This document shows, piece by piece, positions 48,241 through 60,845 of a DNA stretch of 64,000 bases. Made by a program: the position numbers and the translations under genes. The stretch spans positions 1 to 64,000 of the forward strand of contig JAXLQJ010000035.1 of assembly GCA_046331705.1 (NCBI GenBank). The letters run 5' to 3'. The notes beneath the pieces were generated by a model. It had not been told where the DNA came from. It searched no databases and saw only the letters and a program-made list of their open reading frames with translations. The first letter of the stretch is position 1; each line of letters begins with the position of its first letter. The stretch comes from a bacterium. GTDB taxonomy: Bacteria; JADJOY01.

Positions 48241-49770
48241 ATGACGATTGAACCGCAGCCTGCCGGAGTCGCGAAGATCCCCACGGGGATCGCCGGCTTC
48301 GACATGATCGCCAACGGCGGCTTGCCTCGCGGGCGCTGCACGCTGGTTTCTGGCACGGCGGGTAGCGCTAAGACGGTGTTCGCCACCCACTTCCTCGTGG
48401 AAGGAATCAAGCAATCCGCCGAGAACGGGGTGTTCGTCACCTTCGAGGAATCGCCGGAAGACATTCGGAAGAACATGTTGGGGTTCGGGTGGGATCTGGA
48501 GCGCTGGGTGGGCGAGCAGAAGCTCGCGTTCGTGGACGCGTCCCCGCAACCGCAAGAAGCCGACACGGTGATCGCCGGCGGCTACGATTTCGGTGCGCTG
48601 ATGGCGCGGATCGAGGCGGCGGTGCGGCGAGTCGGCGGGCGACGCGTGGCTCTCGACTCCATCGCCGCGGTCTTCGGGCGATTTCCGGACGCGACGTTGG
48701 TGCGGAACGAGCTTTTTCGACTCGCGGTGAGCCTGCGGGCGATGGGCGTCACGGCGCTCATGACCGCAGAACGCACCCAGGAATACGGTGAGATCGCCCG
48801 TTACGGCGTCGAGGAATTCGTCGCTGACAACGTCGTGATCCTGCGCAACGTGCTGGACGAGGAAAAGCGCCGGCGCACGGTCGAGATTCTGAAATTCCGC
48901 GGCACGACCCATCAGAAAGGCGAGTTCCCGTTCACGGTGATGCCGAGCGAGGGGATCGTCGTGTTGCCGCTGTCGGCGATGCAGCTCACCCAGCACTCCT
49001 CCAACGTCCGCATCGAGAGCGGCAATGCCGCTCTCGACGAGATGTGTGGCGGCGGGTTCTTCCGCGACTCCGTGGTGTTGGTGTCCGGCGCCACGGGCAC
49101 GGGCAAGACGTTGATGGTGACTGAGTTCATGGCTGGCGGGATACGTCAGGGCGAGCGCTGCTTGTTGCTCGCGTTCGAGGAAAGTCGCGAACAACTGTTT
49201 CGCAACGCCTCGGGCTGGGGGGTCGACTTCGCCGCGATGGAGCGCAACGGCAGCCTGCAGGTCGTCTGCCAGTATCCCGAGGCGATCAGCCTCGAGGACA
49301 CGCTCATTCGCATCAAGCAGATCCTGAACGCACACAAACCCGATCGGGTCGCCGTCGACAGCCTCTCGGCCCTCGAACGCGTGTCCACGCCGAAGGGTTT
49401 CCGTGAGTTCGTGATCGGCCTCACGTCGTTCATCAAGCACCAGGACATCGCGTGCTTGCTGACCTCCACGAGCCCCACGCTCGTGGGCGGGGCATCCGTC
49501 ACGGAAGCCCACATCTCGACGGTGACCGACTCGATCATCTTGCTGCGGTACGTGGAGATCAACGGCGAGATGCGGCGCGGCGTCGCCGTGCTCAAGATGC
49601 GCGGGTCGCGGCACGACAAGGAGATCCGCGAGTTCGCCATCGACGGCAGCGGCATGCACATCGGCCGGCCGTTCCGGAACGTCGTCGGTATCCTGTCGGG
49701 GAATCCCACCCAGATCCCGCTCGGCGAGATCGAGCGGGTCGGAGACCTGTTCAAGCCGGAGACGCTCTGA
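48241..49770 (+). CDS. kaiC: circadian clock protein KaiC (double-domain, KaiC3-like)
   Basis: CI GTAGSAKT/TFEES/LKFRG; CII GATGTGKT/AFEES/LKMRG; HISTVTDSIILLRYVE; AGGAG RBS. Confidence 0.97.
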   Translation: MTIEPQPAGVAKIPTGIAGFDMIANGGLPRGRCTLVSGTAGSAKTVFATHFLVEGIKQSAENGVFVTFEESPEDIRKNMLGFGWDLERWVGEQKLAFVDASPQPQEADTVIAGGYDFGALMARIEAAVRRVGGRRVALDSIAAVFGRFPDATLVRNELFRLAVSLRAMGVTALMTAERTQEYGEIARYGVEEFVADNVVILRNVLDEEKRRRTVEILKFRGTTHQKGEFPFTVMPSEGIVVLPLSAMQLTQHSSNVRIESGNAALDEMCGGGFFRDSVVLVSGATGTGKTLMVTEFMAGGIRQGERCLLLAFEESREQLFRNASGWGVDFAAMERNGSLQVVCQYPEAISLEDTLIRIKQILNAHKPDRVAVDSLSALERVSTPKGFREFVIGLTSFIKHQDIACLLTSTSPTLVGGASVTEAHISTVTDSIILLRYVEINGEMRRGVAVLKMRGSRHDKEIREFAIDGSGMHIGRPFRNVVGILSGNPTQIPLGEIERVGDLFKPETL

Positions 49771-49783
49771 TCCGCTCGGGAAC

Positions 49784-52411
<2,628 letters not shown>

Positions 52412-52433
52412 AGCCGCAAGGCCGCCGGATCGC

Positions 52434-52982
52434 TCAGTCGTGGCCGATGAGGCGGACGGCCTCGTCGATGCGCTCGGGGTAGTCTTTGATGAGCAACGTA
52501 TTGGTGCGCTCGTCCACCTCGAGCCAGCCTTCCTTGCTGAGGACCGTGCGCTGGACGAGCGCGCCGAGCTGCTTCGCGTCCGCGTATCGAACCGGGACCA
52601 GCTTCAAGATCGGGAATCGATCACCGGTGTAGCTCGGTTCGGGCCGCCGGAACGCCGCCGAGTCGCCGGGCGCCACCAGCACCACGTTGCCCTGGTGCTC
52701 CGCGCGCAGCCCGTAGAGCTTGAGCGAGAGATCCAGGAACTGGCGCCAGGTCACGTTGCCGAGCTTGAGCGTGATCTTGCGATCGACGGCGGGGTCGAGG
52801 ATGACGTTGAGCCCCGTGTCGTCCGCCATCATCCGCAAGACGTTGGCGAGATGCGCCTCCTGGACGTCGATCGAGACCGTCTTGGCGAGCGGATCGCCGG
52901 AGACGGAGGCGATCGACACCGCGGGAATCGAACCGATCACCACGAGAGCCGCGAGGATCCAGCGCGCATCGCGTCGAGCCAT
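52434..52982 (-). CDS. secretin N-terminal (STN/N0 + N1) domain protein lacking the secretin core
   Basis: Signal peptide; VSIDVQEA..NVLRMMADDTGLNVIL...ITLKLGNVTW; VRYADA...VDERTNTLLIKD, as in PilQ N domains. Confidence 0.75.
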   Translation of the reverse strand: MARRDARWILAALVVIGSIPAVSIASVSGDPLAKTVSIDVQEAHLANVLRMMADDTGLNVILDPAVDRKITLKLGNVTWRQFLDLSLKLYGLRAEHQGNVVLVAPGDSAAFRRPEPSYTGDRFPILKLVPVRYADAKQLGALVQRTVLSKEGWLEVDERTNTLLIKDYPERIDEAVRLIGHD

Positions 52983-53165
52983 GATCGTCCTCCGCCGTGG
53001 GTGCTAGCTCAGCTCACCCGAGGAGTATCGCGCTCCCCGCGCCGGATCGCCACGACCTTCGAACGCGGACGATGGACGGGCTCGGGTTCGACCTGGCGCC
53101 CGCGGCCTGGCGCCGGGCAGCCGAGGTTCGGAGGCGCGCCGCCGACTGCTCCTCGGCGGCGAGGC

Positions 53166-54527
53166 TCACCAGAAGGGCAGGAAGAACTGGGTGATGACGC
53201 GAAGCGAAGGGCTGAAGGCGATCGAGTTGGTGCCGGCGACGGGATACTCGTAGACGATGCCGAGCAGGAACGGCAGCCCGAGCTTCAAGGTGTTGGGCGC
53301 GACCGTGAACGAGAGCCCGTGGGACTCCGACATGCCCGTCAGCTCCAGGGCCTCGACCAGCTCCACGAACTCGGCCGAGCTGGATCCGATCTTGACCTCG
53401 CCCGAGTGGTTGAAGCCGTACTGCACGCCGAGCCCCACCCAATCGAGATCGACGCTCACCGAGCCCAGCAGGTCCACGCTCTGCCCCGGCGTCCAACGGA
53501 ACGTGGGCGGAATGTTGGTCAGGTCGGGAAAGAGATTGCTCTCGAAGCCGACGGCGTCGAGGAGCGCGGCGAGCACCTGATTCGGCGCCGTGAACGTGGA
53601 CGGCGACGGGCGGCTGTACGAGAACGAGTACTTGTAGTCGCACTCCGCCGAGAACACGATCCGCTTGCCGAGGAACTCGGGGCGGTAGTCCACGTTCGAG
53701 ACCAGCAACAACTGATAGGCGCCCGAGCCGCGGTCGAGCTCGGGGCCGAGCGCGAAATTGATGTCGTTGTTGGGGTCCGCGATCTTCCCGGTGGGAAAGA
53801 ACATGCTGAAGGTGTTGCCGAGCGAGAGCTCGGGGCCGTGGTACCAGTTGGTCGAGACGCCGGTCTGGATGTCCTCGAACTCGAGCCCCTCGGTGTCGAA
53901 GATCTCGTTGGGCGCCGGCCGACCCAACGCCTCGATCACCTTGACGAGGTCTTCGTAGTCACTGAGGCCGAGCGCCGCCAGCGCACCGCCGAACTTCGCC
54001 GACGGCTTGAGCGTGGTGCGCACGTCGGCGAACTGGATCTCCAGGAACGGGTTGATCCAGTCGGTAAGGCCGACCGAGAAGTTGAAGATGTGGACGAAGC
54101 CCGAGCCCGTGCCGTTCAGGTTGATCGACACCAGCTCGTTGCCGTCGCCGTCGGTGAAGGCGATGGGAGGGATGAGCGAGGTCTTCTCGCCGTTGCCCAG
54201 GAAACGCTGGTCGGCGGCCAGATAGCGGAAGGTGTACTTGATCCCGAAGATGCCCTCGGGCAGCTGGCCGGTGTTGCCGTAGATGTCCAGCTCCTCGGCG
54301 CGCGCGATCTTCTTCTCGATGAAGTCGCCGAAGGTGTCGAACCAATCGGGGTTCGCCCGCTCGAGAATCTGAGGTGGCTTGATCGCCTCGAGCTCGGCCT
54401 GACTGGGCGCATTGACCGGGATGCGCACGCTTTGCGCGCGCGCCGCGCCTGCGCCCGTCGCGATCGCGCACGCGGCGAGCACGACGGCGAGCGGCGAGCG
54501 TGGGCGAGGTCGGACGAGCGTCGACAC
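53166..54527 (-). CDS. secreted, probable outer-membrane beta-barrel protein
   Basis: Signal peptide ending AARA; aromatic-rich alternating strands; FPTGK..DP motif; aromatic C-terminus. Confidence 0.6.
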   Translation of the reverse strand: MSTLVRPRPRSPLAVVLAACAIATGAGAARAQSVRIPVNAPSQAELEAIKPPQILERANPDWFDTFGDFIEKKIARAEELDIYGNTGQLPEGIFGIKYTFRYLAADQRFLGNGEKTSLIPPIAFTDGDGNELVSINLNGTGSGFVHIFNFSVGLTDWINPFLEIQFADVRTTLKPSAKFGGALAALGLSDYEDLVKVIEALGRPAPNEIFDTEGLEFEDIQTGVSTNWYHGPELSLGNTFSMFFPTGKIADPNNDINFALGPELDRGSGAYQLLLVSNVDYRPEFLGKRIVFSAECDYKYSFSYSRPSPSTFTAPNQVLAALLDAVGFESNLFPDLTNIPPTFRWTPGQSVDLLGSVSVDLDWVGLGVQYGFNHSGEVKIGSSSAEFVELVEALELTGMSESHGLSFTVAPNTLKLGLPFLLGIVYEYPVAGTNSIAFSPSLRVITQFFLPFW

Positions 54528-54726
54528 GGATGAGCGCTTCCCGCCCGTCTCGAACGCGCGATCGCCGCAGGCGGACCGACGGGGCGCGCTATCTCTACGC
54601 GAACGCTTCCCGGCGAGTCAAGGTGAAGCTCAGCTCACCGAAATCGCCGTGGCGCGACTCGGGCTTGCGCTATGATCGCGCGCCCTCGCGCCAGCCTCGC
54701 GACGCGGGAACCGGTTCACTCTCGCG

Positions 54727-55800
54727 ATGAGCGTCGCCACACCGCTTCCGAGCTCGCCCCGCAGAGCGGTGCTGAGCCCGGCGATCGACACGCTGGCGAT
54801 CGGCGGCGCGTCGATCGTGCTGTTCGTGGGGCTGTTGCTGGTCGGTTCCGAGGCCGGGCGCGCGTTCTCGCTCCAGCGCGTGCTGATCCTCGAGGCGCTG
54901 CTCAACTGGCCGCATTTCACCGCGTCCTGGGTGCTGCTCTACGGCTCGCGCGAGACCTACGAGCGACATCGCTGGGCGGCCATCCACGTCCCCATCGTGC
55001 TCGTGGCCTATGGCGTGCTCGCGCTGGCGTTGGCCGACCGCACCCGCCTCCTCCTCGACCTCTCGGGCCTCGTGACCTCGTGCTACCTCGCCGTGCACTA
55101 CACCGGACAGGCGTGGGGCATGGTGGCGACCTCCGCGTTCCTGGAGAACGTGACGGTCGCACCGATCGAGCGCCGGCTGATCCGCACCAGCTTGTGGATC
55201 TTCCTCGCCTGGCAGATCGCGTGGAACCTGCACTTCTTCGGCTTCTTCACGGCGCCGAGCCTGGTGTCGCTCGGGCCCGACCCGCGGCTGCTCGCGTCGC
55301 TCTTCCGCGGGATGACGGCGCTCACGCCCGTGGCGATCGGCCTCGGCGTGGCCGGCTTCGTGCTGATGCGGCGGCGCGCCGGACGGGCGTTGCCGGCGCG
55401 CGTGTACGTGCCGTGGCTCGCGATCTGCCTGTGGTACGCGGCGCTGGGCCGCTATCCGAACGCGATCTACTGGGTCCAGCTCTCGCACGCGACGCAGTAC
55501 ATGCTCTTCCCGCTGCGAGTCGAGGCCAACCGGTTCCACGCGCGCCACGCCGGCGAGACCGCGACGCCTGGCTCACGGCTCGCCTTGCACATGGCGCTCT
55601 ACGTCGCGGCGATCGTCGCGAGCGGCTGGTTCATCTACGGCGGCGTCGACTCGATCGCCCCCGCCGAAGGGCCGCTCAAGCACCTGCCGTTCATGGTGGG
55701 CAACATCGTGAACATCCACCACTACTTCACGGACGGCGTGGTGTGGAAGCTCCGCAACCCGGCGGTGCGGCGCGAGCTCTTCGCCCACCTACCGCGGTAG
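54727..55800 (+). CDS. multi-pass membrane protein with His motifs, function unknown
   Basis: ~9 TMs; NWPHFTAS, VHYTGQAWG, SHATQY, NIHHYFTDGVVWKLR. Confidence 0.75.
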   Translation: MSVATPLPSSPRRAVLSPAIDTLAIGGASIVLFVGLLLVGSEAGRAFSLQRVLILEALLNWPHFTASWVLLYGSRETYERHRWAAIHVPIVLVAYGVLALALADRTRLLLDLSGLVTSCYLAVHYTGQAWGMVATSAFLENVTVAPIERRLIRTSLWIFLAWQIAWNLHFFGFFTAPSLVSLGPDPRLLASLFRGMTALTPVAIGLGVAGFVLMRRRAGRALPARVYVPWLAICLWYAALGRYPNAIYWVQLSHATQYMLFPLRVEANRFHARHAGETATPGSRLALHMALYVAAIVASGWFIYGGVDSIAPAEGPLKHLPFMVGNIVNIHHYFTDGVVWKLRNPAVRRELFAHLPR

Positions 55801-55843
55801 TCGGTCATCGGCTCGCGGTCTCGCGCAGCCGATCCACCACCGC

Positions 55844-56056
55844 TCAGCGATCGCGCTCGAGCACCACCAGGAAGGCCTCGCGGTGCTTCACCAGCATCGC
55901 ACGGCGTACTTCCCGCTCGATCGTGATCACCCGCCAGCCGTCCTTGGCGTAGTCGTTCAAGAACTCGGTGAAGTTTTTGGGATCCGCCTTCGCCTCGCCG
56001 AAGACCAGCGAGGAGAGCAGCCCCTCGCGATAGATCACGACCTTGTATTCCTTCAC
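55844..56056 (-). CDS. DUF4177 family small protein
   Basis: MKEYKVV...FLNDYAKDGWRVITI...LVVLER. Confidence 0.8.
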   Translation of the reverse strand: MKEYKVVIYREGLLSSLVFGEAKADPKNFTEFLNDYAKDGWRVITIEREVRRAMLVKHREAFLVVLERDR

Positions 56057-56155
56057 GGCCGCTTCCCCCTTCGAGACTCTCGCAACGCGCGACGGGCGCG
56101 GCGCCTCCGCTCCACGCGCCGATCGCGCGCGTGACGCCGAAGCGCTCGCGACGCG

Positions 56156-58726
56156 TCAGCCTACCGAGCCCGATCGCGCCCGGCGCCGAGCCAGCACCAG
56201 CGCCAAGCCCGCCGCCACCGCCGCGAGATCCGCGGCCGTCGACGAGCCGCTCTCGCTCGCCACCGCGCACCCGCCGCCGCCCGACTTGTTCTTGCCCGTC
56301 ACGGTCACGACCCGCGTCGCCGGCGAGGGATCGGGAATGCCGCTTCGATCCTTGCACGTGAGCGTGACGGTGAAGGTGCCGGCCCGTCCGAACACCACGT
56401 CCCCTGGCTCCGCCACGGTCGAATCGGCGATGCCGCTGCCGTCACCGAACGTCCAGGTCGGCGAGAGCGGTCCACCGCTCTCGGTATCGCTGCAATGGCC
56501 CGCGAAGTGGACGCTCGCGCCACGTGCGATCGTCACGTCGTTGGCGGGGTCGTCGATCACGCTGTCTGGTGCCGCGTCCACCGTGATGGTGCGGGTCGCC
56601 GGGAACGGATCGGCGGCACCGCTGCCATCGGTACACGTGTAGGTCACGGTGAACACGCCTGGGTTCGCGAACGTGATCGCACCAGGATCCTCCACGGTGG
56701 AGTCCGGGATGCCCGAGCCCGCACCGAAGGTCCAGCGATGCGTGAGCGAGCCCGTCTCGTCGGGATCCGAGCACGAGGCTGCGAACGTCACGCTCTCGCC
56801 CTGGACGATCCCCAGGTCCGAGCTCGGCTCCTCGATCGTGCCGTCGGGCGGCACGCCGACGATCACGGTGCGGACCGCGGGGGTGGGATCGGCGACGCCG
56901 AGCGCGTCGGTGCAGGTGAACGTCACGTCGAAGGTTCCGGTGACCTGGAAGAACACCTCGCCCGGATTCAGCGCGGTCGACGGCGCGACACCCGAGCCCG
57001 CGCCGAACTCCCAGCGAGTCGTCATGCCGCCGGTCCCGTTCACGTCGCTGCAGCTACCGGCGAAGCTCGTCGAGGTCCCGGGCAGGATCACCGTAGTGCT
57101 CGCGGGCGCGACGATGCTGCTCTCGGGAGGCGTGTCGACGAAGCGCGCCGCCGCGAGGGCGTCGACGCGTCCCGCGCCGAACACCGAATCGATGCCGGGA
57201 TCACCGAGGTCCACCGCCGAGCGGCTCAGGGCGCGATCGACGTCGGGCGCCGAGAGGCTCGGAAAGCCCTGCGCGAGCTGCGCCGCGATCGCCACGACGT
57301 GCGGGGCCGCGGCGGAGGTACCGTGGAACGGCGTCGGGAAGCCCCCCGCGCCACTGATGCTCACGCCATCGATCGCGGCGATCTCGGGCTTGCCACGCTC
57401 CTCGGCCTCGGGAAACACGATCGTGCACGGACCTTGAGAGTTGAACGGCTCGGAGGTGTCGTGGCCCGAGTCCGCCGCGTCGATCGCGACCACCGAGATC
57501 ACGCCCGGGACGCAGGGATGGCCGTAGATGCTGTCCGCCGCCGTGCCGAAGCTCGGCACCTTGGCGCGGTCGAAGAACATCTCGAGCAAGCGTGCGTCGC
57601 CGGTGGTGCGACTCACCAACAACGTGGCCGTGCAGCGGTTCGGGCCGGGGCACGGCAGCTCGAGCACGGCGAGCGGCACGTCTTCGCCGAGGATCCGGTT
57701 GGAGCAGATGCCGAGCGCCGTCGCGCCGGCGTCCGTGAAGCAGACCTGATACGAATCCGTCGCCGCGCCGTAGGGATTCGCCCATTCGAGGAACACCGTG
57801 CCACCGCCCGCGGCGACGTCCACGTCCACCGCGACCTTGCCGCTGCCGAAATCGTGCGCGTGGAAGGCGTTGCCGCTGTCGACGTACTGGCCCTGGTAGT
57901 GCCGCTGCGCGTCGTTGCCGGCGGCCGTCACCCACAGCACACCGGACCCGGACACCTCGCGCACCGATTGCGCGACCACGCCGTCCTCGAAGTAGGGCTC
58001 GGCGGGGAACCCGAGATCGTCGACGATCGCATCCGCCCCGAACTCCGTGACCAGCTTCTCGGCGCAGGTGACGAAGTCCACGGTGGTGATGCCGTTGTCC
58101 TGGCCGCCGCCGCAGAAGCCCAGCGTCGCCCCGGGCGCGAGGTCGTGGATCACCTCCAGCGTGGCGGTGCCCTCGTCGCCGCTGCCGGCTCGTCCGTCGA
58201 CGATGTCGACCTCGGGGCTGTCGCCGCTCGCCTGCGAAAGCGCGAGGCTGTCGACGCCATCGGAGATCACGCCGATGCGAACTCCCGCGCCGTCGAGCCC
58301 GAGCGCGCGCAGCTCGTCCGAGTGCAGGATCGCGCCGCCTTCGCTCTCCGCCACACCGGCGCGCGCGGCACCGTAGGTCGGCGGCGTGACCTTGCGCACT
58401 CCCGGCAACGCCGCAATCGCGTCGAGGCGATCTGCGGGCACCCAGGCTTGAACGACGCCCAGACGGTCGGTCGTGCGCTCGACGTGCGCGCCCAGCGCCT
58501 CGAGCGCGCCGCGCTCCACCCGGCTACCGGGCAGAGCGTGGACGTAGACCTGACGCAAGCCATCCGCGCGCATCCGTACCAGCGACGACGGGGACACGGA
58601 GCGCAGCACGGCGCTCACTCGATCCGCGACGCGTGCATCGTCGGCCGCGTGCCCGCGCGTTCCGCCGACCGTGAGCGAGAGGAAGGCCAAGCTGGCGCCG
58701 ATCGCCAGGCGTGCAGTGTTTCGCAT
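56156..58726 (-). CDS. secreted S8 subtilase (Glu-for-His variant) with three PKD-like repeats and a GGGGC-TM-RRR sorting tail
   Basis: IGVISDG, GDEGTATLEVIHDLAPGA, AAGN, FHGTSAAAPHV; three F.GSCSD...W.FG.GSG...G.F.VT.TC.D repeats. Confidence 0.88.
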   Translation of the reverse strand: MRNTARLAIGASLAFLSLTVGGTRGHAADDARVADRVSAVLRSVSPSSLVRMRADGLRQVYVHALPGSRVERGALEALGAHVERTTDRLGVVQAWVPADRLDAIAALPGVRKVTPPTYGAARAGVAESEGGAILHSDELRALGLDGAGVRIGVISDGVDSLALSQASGDSPEVDIVDGRAGSGDEGTATLEVIHDLAPGATLGFCGGGQDNGITTVDFVTCAEKLVTEFGADAIVDDLGFPAEPYFEDGVVAQSVREVSGSGVLWVTAAGNDAQRHYQGQYVDSGNAFHAHDFGSGKVAVDVDVAAGGGTVFLEWANPYGAATDSYQVCFTDAGATALGICSNRILGEDVPLAVLELPCPGPNRCTATLLVSRTTGDARLLEMFFDRAKVPSFGTAADSIYGHPCVPGVISVVAIDAADSGHDTSEPFNSQGPCTIVFPEAEERGKPEIAAIDGVSISGAGGFPTPFHGTSAAAPHVVAIAAQLAQGFPSLSAPDVDRALSRSAVDLGDPGIDSVFGAGRVDALAAARFVDTPPESSIVAPASTTVILPGTSTSFAGSCSDVNGTGGMTTRWEFGAGSGVAPSTALNPGEVFFQVTGTFDVTFTCTDALGVADPTPAVRTVIVGVPPDGTIEEPSSDLGIVQGESVTFAASCSDPDETGSLTHRWTFGAGSGIPDSTVEDPGAITFANPGVFTVTYTCTDGSGAADPFPATRTITVDAAPDSVIDDPANDVTIARGASVHFAGHCSDTESGGPLSPTWTFGDGSGIADSTVAEPGDVVFGRAGTFTVTLTCKDRSGIPDPSPATRVVTVTGKNKSGGGGCAVASESGSSTAADLAAVAAGLALVLARRRARSGSVG

Positions 58727-58838
58727 GAGGTTTCCTCGTGATGGATGCGGGCCGGGAGGGCCAGACGATTCGAGAAGGCGAGAGCAACTTGGCACAAGCG
58801 CACGGCAACGGCGCGGGCGGTGGCGTCGCGAGCCGCGC

Positions 58839-60275
58839 CTACGAGGGCTCGGAGGCGAGCGTCAACGCTCGGCGCGTGCCGTCCGGCATGCGCAGCGCGA
58901 ATCCGCCCGCGCCGTCCTCTTCGATGTGCTCGGCGAGCTGATAGTAGGCGGCGCGGCCGAAGCGCGCGCGCAGGCCGTCGCGAACGAGCGCGTAGAGCAC
59001 GTTCTCGGCACCGATCGCGAGGGTCGAGGGATCGAGCGGCTCGACCAAGCCCGCGCCGAGCCATAGCAGCCAGCCGGCGCCCTCGCCCTCGACCCTGCGC
59101 ACGACGTACGGTGCGTCCTCGACCTTCACCGCGCGGCGCTCGGAGCCGATCGAGACGAAGAAGCCGCCGTCCGCGTCACGAGCGAGCGCGCGGGTCAGGA
59201 GCTCGATCGTGCCCGGATGGGTGATCTCCTCGTCGTCCTCGAGCCAGCGGCCCTCGCGATCCAGCCGCAGGACCGGTGGACGCGGGCGGCGGTGCTCGGC
59301 GCCGACGATGCGATAGCGAAAGGTGCCGTCGTCGTCCGTCGAGCACTCGACGTCGCCGTCGCGCTCCAAGAGATCGAGGTTCCCCACCACCTCGGAGAAC
59401 ACCAGGAACGTGTGCGCGTCGAGCTGCGAGCGATAGAGCCGACGGGCGATCTCCCAGACGGTCGCCGGTGCTTTCTCGAGGTGATGCCGGATCCGCCCGC
59501 GGATTCGCGCGTGGTGCTTGCGAATGCGCTCGATCCAGGCCCGGTGCGCGAGCTCGAAGGTGCCGTGTCCCGGATGGACGCGATCGACCTCGAGCCGCGC
59601 CAGGTGATCGAGACTCTGCAGGAAGAGCACCAGGGAGCGTGGCCGGATGCCTTCGCTCCAGTCCTTGAGGAAGAGGAACGGGACCGTGGTGCCGTCGTCG
59701 AGGAGGTGATCGCCGCCGATCAGCTCCCGCGAGTCGGCGTCGTAGAGCACGAGGTGGCCGGGGTAATGACCCGCGACCTCGAAGAGCTCGAGATGGCGCT
59801 CGCCGCACACCGGCAGCCTCGCGCCGTGCTCCACCACGTGATCGACCTGCACGCCGCGCTGGAGCTCCACGGCACCGGCCAGGAACTCGCCGATGCGCTC
59901 GGCGACCGCGGGCGGCGCGCCGTTGCGGCGGAAGAAATCGACGTTGGCCGCGATCACGGGCGGCATGCTCCACGGGTAGCTCGCGATCAGCGGCGCGGTG
60001 CGCGCGTGCGCCCAGATCTCCGCGCCGGACTCGTCGCGAATGCGCGCGGCCTGACCGTAGTGGTCGACGTGGCCGTGGGTGAGCACCACGCGCTCGAGGT
60101 CGCGCACCGTGAGCCCGTGCTCGCGCAGTCCGGCGCCCAGCGCGTCCCACGAGGCCTCGCTCGCGACACCCGTGTCGACGAGGGTCGGCCGATCGCCGAG
60201 GATCAGATACGTGTGGATCGCGCCGACCGGAAATGGCGTCGGCAGCGAGATGCGACGAATGTCGAGCCGCGGCAT
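58839..60275 (-). CDS. MBL-fold metallo-hydrolase fused to a C-terminal DUF1285-like domain
   Basis: LPTPFPVG, THGHVDHYG, GHYPGH, HPGHG; tail LDREGRW...EITH...VKVEDAPYVV. Confidence 0.8.
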   Translation of the reverse strand: MPRLDIRRISLPTPFPVGAIHTYLILGDRPTLVDTGVASEASWDALGAGLREHGLTVRDLERVVLTHGHVDHYGQAARIRDESGAEIWAHARTAPLIASYPWSMPPVIAANVDFFRRNGAPPAVAERIGEFLAGAVELQRGVQVDHVVEHGARLPVCGERHLELFEVAGHYPGHLVLYDADSRELIGGDHLLDDGTTVPFLFLKDWSEGIRPRSLVLFLQSLDHLARLEVDRVHPGHGTFELAHRAWIERIRKHHARIRGRIRHHLEKAPATVWEIARRLYRSQLDAHTFLVFSEVVGNLDLLERDGDVECSTDDDGTFRYRIVGAEHRRPRPPVLRLDREGRWLEDDEEITHPGTIELLTRALARDADGGFFVSIGSERRAVKVEDAPYVVRRVEGEGAGWLLWLGAGLVEPLDPSTLAIGAENVLYALVRDGLRARFGRAAYYQLAEHIEEDGAGGFALRMPDGTRRALTLASEPS

Positions 60276-60392
60276 CGCGTCGCCAGCGAATCCGAATGCG
60301 GTGCGCTGCGCAAGACCGGACGGTGCTCGCGATCGTCGTTGCTCGACCGCGGCGCGGACCCGCTCACGAACGAACGGCTCGCTCGTGTCCGC

Positions 60393-60845
60393 TCAGGGGA
60401 ACGCGATCACGGCGCTGCCGTCCAGCGTGTGCTTGCCGTCCTGGTTCTCCGTCCACACCTCGAGCTCGATCCTGCGCTCGCCCGCCTCCTGGTACTTCCG
60501 CGCCACACGCGCGCGCGCACGAATCGTGTCGCCGGGCCACGTGAGGGCCGTGAACCGCACCCCCAGGTCGCGAAGCTGGCGTGGATCCGCCCAGCTCGTG
60601 AGCAGCTCGCCGAGGAAACCCATCGAGAGCATCCCGTGGGCGAAGACGGACGGGTAGCCGGCGCTCTTCGCGAACGGCTCGTCGACGTGGATGGGATTGA
60701 AGTCGCCCGACGCGCCGGCGTACTTCACCAGTTGGATGCGCTCGATCGGGCCCTTGGTCAGCGGCGGCAGCTCGTCGCCGACGGCGAGCGCGTCGTAGCT
60801 CGTGACCATCGCCGTGGGCTCGCGGCTCGATTCCCGGTTGCTCAT
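60393..60845 (-). CDS. MaoC family dehydratase
   Basis: YAGASGDFNPIHVDE, FAHGML, VRFTALTWPGD. Confidence 0.9.
   Translation of the reverse strand: MSNRESSREPTAMVTSYDALAVGDELPPLTKGPIERIQLVKYAGASGDFNPIHVDEPFAKSAGYPSVFAHGMLSMGFLGELLTSWADPRQLRDLGVRFTALTWPGDTIRARARVARKYQEAGERRIELEVWTENQDGKHTLDGSAVIAFP

Noticed and set aside
53040-53165. tRNA-like GGTTCG motifs
   Set aside because: No cloverleaf or acceptor stem could be formed
56300-57130. Repeated DNA suggestive of a repeat array
   Set aside because: Explained by three in-frame PKD-like protein repeats; no constant repeat/spacer pattern
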